From a virus, in IMG/VR virus record IMGVR_UViG_3300028388_003330, positions 1 to 64,000 of that record: 64,000 nucleotides of DNA, one strand, 5' to 3'. Below the pieces are notes generated by a model. That model made no database searches. It was not told the DNA's origin and worked only from the letters and a program-made list of their open reading frames with translations. Shown here piece after piece: positions 27,959 to 35,156 of this stretch. The position numbers and the translations under genes were made by a program. Position 1 is the first letter of the stretch. Every line of letters begins with the position of its first letter.

Positions 27959-28521
27959 CGGATGCTAGCCCCCGTCTTGGTCGAACCGCCAGAGCGAACA
28001 CCATAGTTCGAACCGGGCTCAGAGGTCTCAGGCAGATCAAGCATCGGGCGAGCCTTGATTTCGTCGAGCATCTTCTGAATCGACAGAATGTTCTGCTTAC
28101 CGCGATTCTCATCGAATTCAGAGAGACCACCACCAAGACCAGCGGACTGCGACATCGCAAGCTCAGCGGCGAAAACCATCCAAGACTCCGCGAGGTACTG
28201 TGCGGCTTCATTCAACGGGACTTCCTCTCCGCCCACATTGGTCGTGAACGTGATGTACGGGTCCGACAGGTTGATGTCGAAGTTCGTCGGATGCGTGGCG
28301 GGGAGGTCCGGAATCGGGCTGGTGCCAAGAGCGTCCAGCATCGACGTAATGTGGTCGATGTAGCTCTGCTGGCGCTCAATTGCCTGCTGAGTCAGACCAT
28401 AGCTGTGCGCAGCAGAGGATTCTTTTGCAATGGTCTTACCGAATTCGTAAGCCTGCTTCGCCACCGTACGCAACTCAAGGTTGCGGTTCGGGTACACCTT
28501 AAACAAATCGTTAAATGCCAT
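27955..28521 (-). CDS. Hypothetical helical protein with internal two-fold repeat
   Basis: MLDAL..SPIPDLPAT / MLDEI..RPMLDLPET. Confidence 0.7.
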   Translation of the reverse strand: MAFNDLFKVYPNRNLELRTVAKQAYEFGKTIAKESSAAHSYGLTQQAIERQQSYIDHITSMLDALGTSPIPDLPATHPTNFDINLSDPYITFTTNVGGEEVPLNEAAQYLAESWMVFAAELAMSQSAGLGGGLSEFDENRGKQNILSIQKMLDEIKARPMLDLPETSEPGSNYGVRSGGSTKTGASIR

Positions 28522-28522
28522 T

Positions 28523-28999
28523 TTAATCACCTTTTACTAGAGTTGATTTAGATAAACGAGAACCAAGTGTCGAAGACACCTTCTCAAGACCGCGAGAGCC
28601 GAAATAGGCGGCGTAAACGGTCAGCAGGATGACCGTAAAAAGATCGGTCCAAGTCGATAGAACAGCGATATTGATCGACTCGCTGTCAAAAATCGTCGCT
28701 GCCGCAATCAGTGTCACCATTACTGTAAGGAACACCACGGTAAGCGGACGAACGTTTTTGGCGAGCCAACTATCTGACTGCGTATCGGCTTGCCATCTTT
28801 TTGTAAGCTCTTGTTGTTCAACTTCATTGGCCTTAATGACAGATTGCTGCATTTCGACCATTTTACCCTGAATCGCCTGTTCGATTTTCAGGCGCTCTTC
28901 ATCGCTGGTGATGTTTTTGTCAAGCGCGTCACCGACAGCATCAACCAAACTTGAAGCGCCAGCCGAGAAAATCTTTCCTAATGCCGCTACAAAACTCAT
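28523..28999 (-). CDS. Holin (3TM / GTA-holin-like)
   Basis: RWQAD..SDSWLAKNVRP, two TM helices, AYFGSRGLEK. Confidence 0.85.
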   Translation of the reverse strand: MSFVAALGKIFSAGASSLVDAVGDALDKNITSDEERLKIEQAIQGKMVEMQQSVIKANEVEQQELTKRWQADTQSDSWLAKNVRPLTVVFLTVMVTLIAAATIFDSESINIAVLSTWTDLFTVILLTVYAAYFGSRGLEKVSSTLGSRLSKSTLVKGD

Positions 29000-29325
29000 C
29001 GCCCTTCTCCATGTTTCCAGACACCATCTTTTGGGGCTTGATAATGATTTCCATCATTGAATCGACCACCCCAAATTCCGCCTTGAGATTCCCACCATTC
29101 GCCAAGCGGACGATGATCTTCGGTTTTCGTTAAGTAAACGCCGTCTTTGAAAAGGTTGAGATCAACTGCCAAACGACTCTTGTGATAGCTTTCTGGATGA
29201 CCGTAAGGACAGCGCGGATCGCGAAAACAATCGCCAAGCGTCACTTCGAAACCCAATTCAAACGCCTTATCTATAAGACGCGGAATCATTTTGGTGAATG
29301 CTATCTGTCGATCTCTTAAACTCAT
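28996..29325 (-). CDS. Endolysin, peptidase M15 family
   Basis: R...SYH..RLAVD...WGGRF.DGNH Zn-peptidase motifs; ATGA overlap. Confidence 0.88.
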   Translation of the reverse strand: MSLRDRQIAFTKMIPRLIDKAFELGFEVTLGDCFRDPRCPYGHPESYHKSRLAVDLNLFKDGVYLTKTEDHRPLGEWWESQGGIWGGRFNDGNHYQAPKDGVWKHGEGR

Positions 29326-30017
29326 TGGTTGTCTACCACTCGCCAACTGACGCCGTAGAACTTATTGTTCTCGGCAACATTTCCAGACACACGATCAGGG
29401 ACGATCCAGCTTCGCAGCGTGACGAAGGGCCACTCTTTTCCGAAGATGAACCTGGGGTAAGGCTGTTTTGGAATATTCCAATTCCATACCCACTCGCCAT
29501 TTAACGTGCAGCCCCAATTGCGCAAGTCGCGCCAGCGACGGCTGCCGAACCAGATCGCGACGTGGTTATTATAAAATTCGTTTTCTAGAATCCAGTTAGC
29601 GACCGCAGGGCGTCGAGGTTCTGACCCGTATTCACCGCAATTAGAATACACCGTCACACCGTTGCCGACGCTATTGAAGACATTCCCTTTAATCAAGCAC
29701 CGACTAGAGCCATCAATAGCGATAGCCTCACGACGACCCCAAGAAATACGCTGATCACCGTTACCAACAAAACGACTGTCCCGAACTGTTACGTTCTCGC
29801 TAAAGGCAATATAGATGCCAATTCGATTCTTTTCGAAATGACAGTTTTCGATAATCAGGTCATCGCTGCGGCGGATATAGATGCCGTGGTCCGGGTCAAG
29901 CAGTTTGCAGTTGATGACCTTGACGCCGGGACTGTCGTGAATCACCAGCGATCTATCAAACGTCTGGTTCTCAATGACTGCGCCGGGTTTGAACTTGTAT
30001 ACCCTTTCTTCGCTCAC
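29322..30017 (-). CDS. Right-handed parallel beta-helix (NosD-like) protein
   Basis: Repeated GIYI...S....I.NC.F..N turns. Confidence 0.75.
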   Translation of the reverse strand: MSEERVYKFKPGAVIENQTFDRSLVIHDSPGVKVINCKLLDPDHGIYIRRSDDLIIENCHFEKNRIGIYIAFSENVTVRDSRFVGNGDQRISWGRREAIAIDGSSRCLIKGNVFNSVGNGVTVYSNCGEYGSEPRRPAVANWILENEFYNNHVAIWFGSRRWRDLRNWGCTLNGEWVWNWNIPKQPYPRFIFGKEWPFVTLRSWIVPDRVSGNVAENNKFYGVSWRVVDNQ

Positions 30018-30097
30018 ACCACTTCTCCGAGAGCTAGGAAGAAAAACCCTAACAACAAAAGCGCGATACTGGCGAGTAGGACATCAGTAATTTTCAT
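30014..30097 (-). CDS. 27-aa single-TM peptide (not in ORF track)
   Basis: MKITDVLLASIALLLLGFFFLALGEVV; ATGA and GTGA overlaps on both sides. Confidence 0.6.
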   Translation of the reverse strand: MKITDVLLASIALLLLGFFFLALGEVV

Positions 30098-30210
30098 CGG
30101 CTATAAAACCCAGCTACAAACGCAAGACCAACAATTACAGCGACAATTAAACAAAGAACCTGCACACCAAAGCACATAGCTTTCAGATAAATGTCGCCGA
30201 GCTTGCGCAC
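30094..30210 (-). CDS. 38-aa single-TM peptide (not in ORF track)
   Basis: MRKLGDIYLKAMCFGVQVLCLIVAVIVGLAFVAGFYSR; coupled at both ends. Confidence 0.6.
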   Translation of the reverse strand: MRKLGDIYLKAMCFGVQVLCLIVAVIVGLAFVAGFYSR

Positions 30211-30428
30211 TATTCACTACCGCCTATTCGTGCGTCCCATTGATCGCACATATAACCAAGAGGCGCACCTTTATTACGATAAGGGTGGTCTTGACGATCC
30301 TTCACCGAATACAAAAGTTGTTCAACCTCTGAAAGACGGTTACGCAACGCAGAAACCTCACTGCGGAGTTCCGAAATGATCACCAGCATTTCGTCAGTAA
30401 CTTCTCTGAAGGCGTTAGGGGACATCAA
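30210..30428 (-). CDS. Hypothetical coiled-coil protein
   Basis: Coupled ORF. Confidence 0.6.
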   Translation of the reverse strand: MMSPNAFREVTDEMLVIISELRSEVSALRNRLSEVEQLLYSVKDRQDHPYRNKGAPLGYMCDQWDARIGGSE

Positions 30429-30790
30429 ATCGCACCCTGCAAATGAGCCAGAATTGCACCAAGAATTGCGCCACCGAACGTGATCATTACCGACCAGAAC
30501 AGTTTTCGCTGTTCTCTGATAATAAGCTTCCGATCTTCGTTTTCTTGGGTAACGTGTGAGTTTAAGGTTCGATCAATACTTTCGATACCGTCTTTCATGC
30601 CATCAAGGCGCTTATCTACACTATCGATACGCGCATCAAGCCTCGCATGAGATTCATGCGTCCTAACATCTTGGGCATCTACACGACCTTCCACCTTAGC
30701 GATACGCGAATCCTGTTCGTATTGGCGTCGCTCAATGTGATGAACGGTGTTTTTGATGTCCTCTATGTCTTGGGCATGCCGCTCATCCAC
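30425..30790 (-). CDS. Coiled-coil protein with C-terminal TM helix (holin/antiholin-like)
   Basis: Heptad-rich body followed by LFWSVMITFGGAILGAILAHL. Confidence 0.65.
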   Translation of the reverse strand: MDERHAQDIEDIKNTVHHIERRQYEQDSRIAKVEGRVDAQDVRTHESHARLDARIDSVDKRLDGMKDGIESIDRTLNSHVTQENEDRKLIIREQRKLFWSVMITFGGAILGAILAHLQGAI

Positions 30791-30801
30791 GACTCACACC
30801 A

Positions 30802-31179
30802 TTAGGCCGCGTGCTGGATCGTGCCGGAGTTGATGGTTACCGTTTGACCGTTCGAAATCGAAACCGAATCAAGAACGATATTTTCGGCACCAGTTCCCAC
30901 CGTCAGACCAGTGATGACATCGTTAGAATCGCTATCGCGAATACGAGCCTCTGCAGCAGTGCCGCCAGCCGAAGCAGTGTTGCTCAGACCAGTTGCGTTC
31001 AGAGTCAGAGTATCGGTAGCAACCGTACCGCACGGGTCATTCAAGGTGATCGTCACAAGAACCTGAGCCATACCAGCGGTTCCGATTTCCAGCGTGCCAG
31101 CGCCAGCGCCAGCATCAATTTGATCGGCAACAGCCTGCATACGACTCGTCTTTACATCTGTAGCGTAAGTAACAGCCAT
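30802..31179 (-). CDS. Small beta-sandwich virion/fibre subunit
   Basis: AGTLEIGT...GTAAEARIRDS...GLTVGT...I..GQTVTI pattern common in phage fibre cassettes. Confidence 0.75.
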   Translation of the reverse strand: MAVTYATDVKTSRMQAVADQIDAGAGAGTLEIGTAGMAQVLVTITLNDPCGTVATDTLTLNATGLSNTASAGGTAAEARIRDSDSNDVITGLTVGTGAENIVLDSVSISNGQTVTINSGTIQHAA

Positions 31180-31202
31180 GATCTTTTCCTCAAGAAACGA
31201 AT

Positions 31203-32048
31203 TTAGACGTAACCAAATTCCGCCATTTGCTCACCAAAGGCGTCTTCAATTGCCTTTACCTGTGAAGTTGACAGAGCGTCTTTCCACCTGCCCACATTCA
31301 CTCTTTCACTGAAGAAACCTGATCCGCTCTCTTTGTGATGACGGGAGGCTTCGTCAAACCCACCTTGAATTTCCTTTTCTCGGAGGTTTTTGAGCTTGCA
31401 GGCTTCAACCGCATGCTCGACTTTCTCTTGTGAAGGTTCGATTCCATACCGCTCCAGAATCCGCGTGAACTGCCCTACGGTGTCATGTACAAGGTCTTCG
31501 TACTTAATCACCCGTGACTTAGGATTGCTGTTCCAACTATAAACATGACTGTCCCAACGAGAGATAAAGCCGTGGGTCGTCATTCTGTCTACCTTCACTT
31601 CTGGTTTTGAACCGGCGTTGGTCTGCATCATAATCTCAATGCAATCATCAAGGCTTATACCTAGATGTTTTGCATACGAAACTGCAACATCACGCGGGTC
31701 ACGAACCAAATAGACGATGGACTCATACAACCCCTCTGGAAAAAGGGGCATGTCCTTGATCATGGCATTGATGTTATGCGTCTTCACGATCAACGGTCGT
31801 CTATCACTTCCAAACAACGCAATTAGGTTGACCAGCGTAGCGGGCCTCAAAAGCGCCCATTGGTAGATATCAAGAAGATCGTAGGGGATTGGTGCAAGAT
31901 GCTGATACAGCGGGGGTCTATTCTCGCCCACCGTAGCCCTAAGATCGTTGATATCTATGTCATCAAAAAAATACGCCTCAATTAATGTCCTTACCCATGT
32001 GTTGCCACTTTTAGGGTAAGAGGCCAACCAGTTAATTTTTTGCTGCAT
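31203..32048 (-). CDS. PAPS-dependent sulfotransferase
   Basis: 5'-PSB WLASYPKSGNTW, VKTH, 3'-PB YLVRDPRDVAVS, KYEDL, FF...VGRWK. Confidence 0.9.
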   Translation of the reverse strand: MQQKINWLASYPKSGNTWVRTLIEAYFFDDIDINDLRATVGENRPPLYQHLAPIPYDLLDIYQWALLRPATLVNLIALFGSDRRPLIVKTHNINAMIKDMPLFPEGLYESIVYLVRDPRDVAVSYAKHLGISLDDCIEIMMQTNAGSKPEVKVDRMTTHGFISRWDSHVYSWNSNPKSRVIKYEDLVHDTVGQFTRILERYGIEPSQEKVEHAVEACKLKNLREKEIQGGFDEASRHHKESGSGFFSERVNVGRWKDALSTSQVKAIEDAFGEQMAEFGYV

Positions 32049-32053
32049 CTCGT

Positions 32054-32476
32054 TTAATCAAGCGAGATGTCAATGCCACCAGCCGCAAACTGGAGCTTTT
32101 CGTTTTGAGCAACGGAGGCGTCTGCCATATCGTTGTCGTAACAAAGCACCTTGTTGGAACTCAGCGTACCGGTCTCGCTGTCCACAATCGCAACACCGAC
32201 AACGTTCCAAGTTGTTGCAGCGTCGTTGGTGAATGTAATTGCAGAGGTATTGGACTTGACAGCAGGAGAGGTGCCACTTGCTGGGTCAAACGTAATAAGT
32301 TGTCGCGCGTAATTTCCGGTGGAGGGCTCTGAGATCGTTGCGCAGGTGTCGGAATCCGCAGCGGGAGAAGTGAGCAGCGCCAAATACAAGCTTGTCGGCG
32401 CTGTCCAAGCTCCACCAGCTCCACCGAAGGCATGATCCAGAAGCTCAGTTTCCAGATAATCGGTAAATTCAGCCAT
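32054..32476 (-). CDS. Small fibre subunit (Gp80-like phage fibre protein)
   Basis: FTDYLE..LLDH...LYLAL...E.S.GNYARQ.ITF...N..AITF...QFAAG.I.ISLD. Confidence 0.75.
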   Translation of the reverse strand: MAEFTDYLETELLDHAFGGAGGAWTAPTSLYLALLTSPAADSDTCATISEPSTGNYARQLITFDPASGTSPAVKSNTSAITFTNDAATTWNVVGVAIVDSETGTLSSNKVLCYDNDMADASVAQNEKLQFAAGGIDISLD

Positions 32477-32540
32477 AATCTTTCACTCTGATGATCCTCG
32501 CCATACGACGAAGCGGTTGAAATTTAAAGCAAGCTAACTC

Positions 32541-32558
32541 TACGTCAGTGCTGACTTA
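32541..32558. promoter_or_regulatory. Operator (TACGTCA-GTGC-TGACTTA) upstream of the fibre/lysis cassette
   Basis: Near-perfect palindrome just downstream of a putative TTGACT...GAAAAT minus-strand promoter. Confidence 0.7.
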
Positions 32559-32587
32559 TTTTCTCACCTTTGCTTTTACCAAGTCAA

Positions 32588-32890
32588 TTACTGCAAAGCC
32601 TGCTTGACATTGAAGGTTACAATATCAGATCGAAGCTTTCGTTCTACACCAAACAACACAACAACCTGCATTTTATGTAGACCCTGGCTTTCAAAATCGT
32701 TCGCCGCAGTCATGTATTTTACAATCCCATTTTGCGAATCATGAATGATTGCGGACTGATTTGTTACCAAACCCTGCGGATTTAGTATATCAACACTTGC
32801 TGATGTTGCCTCTGTAAGATCTGCTCCAGTCTTAAAATAGAGAGCTACACCAAAAGTGTCGGTAAAAAGAAGATCTCTGACAACCACCAC
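32588..32890 (-). CDS. BppU-N-like Ig-fold virion protein (paralog of 17944-18240)
   Basis: TDTFGV...DLTEAT...NGIVKY...DF...G...QVV...KLR...NVKQAL. Confidence 0.7.
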   Translation of the reverse strand: MVVVRDLLFTDTFGVALYFKTGADLTEATSASVDILNPQGLVTNQSAIIHDSQNGIVKYMTAANDFESQGLHKMQVVVLFGVERKLRSDIVTFNVKQALQ

Positions 32891-33132
32891 TACTCTCCTT
32901 CACCGGTATTCAGATATACAGTCCGTTCAAACAGGAAATTCTGCGCCTTAATTTCGCCCCTGATGGGCGCTTCTACGATTGGACTTTCGACCATGTAGGC
33001 TTTCAGATTAATTCCATCTATCGGTGTAAGGTTAACAGATATTTCGCCTGTCAGCGATGCGGAGAGAGCAGATTCATCCCTAAGTGAAAGGTCTATGACT
33101 TCTACATGGGATTCAGTATTTACGTCACTCAC
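32890..33132 (-). CDS. Small protein with ~10-aa beta periodicity
   Basis: Coupled at both ends. Confidence 0.6.
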   Translation of the reverse strand: MSDVNTESHVEVIDLSLRDESALSASLTGEISVNLTPIDGINLKAYMVESPIVEAPIRGEIKAQNFLFERTVYLNTGEGE

Positions 33133-34433
33133 TGTTTTTCCTTACGGCCCCTGTAATACCACTGACCGCCAACTACAGCGATATCGGTTACAGGAATATA
33201 TTCAAAATTCACCAGCTTATTCTGAACGTCGGCGTGAGCTAATGCAAAACCCATGTGCCATTTTTCCCCTTCAGTATAAGATGCTGAACGTTTATGACCG
33301 CAACCTAGTTGATGCCATTCATATGCACCAAAAATGGGCGAAAACATCGGCCAAACCTGATGTGAGTGATGATGTCCATTGCAACCCGGCAGGCCCATGT
33401 TCCGAGCATAGGGGAAATGATGGAACAACATCGTTTCCCAGTAGACCTTATAGTTATTGCCCAATTCCTTGTCATGTTCGCGCTTAGTCCACGCTGAAAG
33501 GTCCGCTTTGGCAATGTAATTAATTTCGTACTCATCAAGCCCCAGGAGCGTCGCTATGCTCATCCCGTGCAGATCCGACAACACTGCGCGGAGCGCTGGA
33601 GTGGCGTCGGCCAAGAGCTTTAAAAGACGCGCCTCGTGATTCCCTTCGATAATGTCGATCTGCGTTGCTGGACACGCTTCTCTCAGAGGACCAAGAATGT
33701 ATTCATGGGCAAATTTGATCCGCCCCACTACATCCCATTCCCGTGGATCGACGTTGTACTTACCGAATTCTGGAAGATCGAACACATCCCCAACCAATAC
33801 AATGACATCGGGATGGACTCGCTCGGCCGTGTCAATGAATACTCTCAACCAGAACTGATCAACCTCAATATCGTGGATATCTGAGGCAATCAGTACGGTT
33901 TTAAAACGATTGTTGTTCTTGCGGTCATACTTGTTAGCGTACAACTCCCGTTCCCTGTTCAACTCACGGTAATGATCGACGCTGGCATGAACGGCAATAT
34001 TCCGTTCTAAGGCGTGCTGCTGACGACTGAGCTTAATACTAGCTTGGCGTTTAAACTCTTCAAACGTACCGAAATATCGGTTCCAAGTAGACTCAGATAT
34101 AAGGGAGTGGACGCGGAAGTAATTTCTGGTGACAACTTTGTCTGGGTCGATCTCTGCTACTCTGCGGAGTTCCCCAATACACTCTTCAGGCCCCCAATCC
34201 TCCATGAATCGGGTGGCATCTTCTGACATTGGGGACTTTGCTAGTGCTGCCCTGCTGACAAGCTTTGGCAGTTCGTCGTCTAGAGCCGCTTTCTTTCTTA
34301 GGCTTGCCGCCTTATTTTTGACGGTCTTCTTCGATAAGCCGAGTTGATCGGCTACATCGCCTATGGTTTCGAAGCTCTCAACGTCGTTATAAACCCTAGC
34401 AAACTCACTATCGCTTACTGGAGGTTTTGACAT
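33129..34433 (-). CDS. Calcineurin-like metallophosphoesterase with N-terminal HTH / HNH-associated repeat
   Basis: SDIH, GDVFD, GNHE, GHHH motifs; N-terminal VADQLGLSKKTVKN. Confidence 0.85.
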   Translation of the reverse strand: MSKPPVSDSEFARVYNDVESFETIGDVADQLGLSKKTVKNKAASLRKKAALDDELPKLVSRAALAKSPMSEDATRFMEDWGPEECIGELRRVAEIDPDKVVTRNYFRVHSLISESTWNRYFGTFEEFKRQASIKLSRQQHALERNIAVHASVDHYRELNRERELYANKYDRKNNNRFKTVLIASDIHDIEVDQFWLRVFIDTAERVHPDVIVLVGDVFDLPEFGKYNVDPREWDVVGRIKFAHEYILGPLREACPATQIDIIEGNHEARLLKLLADATPALRAVLSDLHGMSIATLLGLDEYEINYIAKADLSAWTKREHDKELGNNYKVYWETMLFHHFPYARNMGLPGCNGHHHSHQVWPMFSPIFGAYEWHQLGCGHKRSASYTEGEKWHMGFALAHADVQNKLVNFEYIPVTDIAVVGGQWYYRGRKEKQ

Positions 34434-34489
34434 TGTACTAACTTAAGCAGTCATACCAAACGCAACCGTAGCAGAAATCTCCTGACAGC

Positions 34490-34507
34490 TCAATCACCTG
34501 TGACTGA
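34490..34507. promoter_or_regulatory. Operator-like palindrome (TCAATCA-CCTG-TGACTGA)
   Basis: Consensus match upstream of the phosphoesterase gene. Confidence 0.6.
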
Positions 34508-34546
34508 TCTTTCGATTTCTCTATCAAAAACCGCGTTTAACCTCTA

Positions 34547-34768
34547 CTACGGGCGAAATTCCTGAAATTCCCGACGAGCCAAGACGGACACCACCTGGGC
34601 CAGTTTGATGAGAATTTCTCTGGCTTCCTGTAGATCGGTGACGTTCGTCAGCATCCACGCTTCGATCTCAGCCGGAGTCTTCGTCATCAGCCCACGCAGA
34701 AGGGCGTCCTGACCGACGGTGAACTTGTCTGCCTGTTCGGCGTTACGTTTTATACTAAGTCGCGACAA
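34547..34768 (-). CDS. Hypothetical protein (tail-fibre-associated)
   Basis: Overlapping ORF after the tail-tip genes. Confidence 0.6.
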   Translation of the reverse strand: MSRLSIKRNAEQADKFTVGQDALLRGLMTKTPAEIEAWMLTNVTDLQEAREILIKLAQVVSVLARREFQEFRP

Positions 34769-35156
34769 AGGACAGCTCCTTGGATTTAGCAGGGAAAGTG
34801 TCGATGGAGACGGTGTAGTCGCCGGGAAGCTCGGCAGTTATTTCCAGAACCCCATCGTCCACCGTAACTCGTTCAAGCACGCCCACTGCAGATAGGGTGA
34901 CAACGGCACCAACAGGCACGCCAGACAGCGTGGCAACGTCTACACCGTCAGCGACGATGGACGTCTTATCCAGTTGAGCGGGGTTGTCGGGTCGCAGGAC
35001 AGGCTCGCCGTCAGGAAAATATGTGGACGCTGCGTCGAACTCTCCTTCATAGTGTCCCTCGTCGGCATTTACGTTATTCGCCAACCCGCTTTCAACGCCG
35101 ATGTGTATTTTGACGACGCGCCCGGTATCTGTTTTGTAGATGGTGTAAACGCTCAC
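34755..35156 (-). CDS. Tail-fibre assembly-like protein
   Basis: YTIYK..TGRV...EG.FD...Y...GEPVLRP; directly after the tail-tip gene. Confidence 0.65.
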   Translation of the reverse strand: MSVYTIYKTDTGRVVKIHIGVESGLANNVNADEGHYEGEFDAASTYFPDGEPVLRPDNPAQLDKTSIVADGVDVATLSGVPVGAVVTLSAVGVLERVTVDDGVLEITAELPGDYTVSIDTFPAKSKELSFVAT

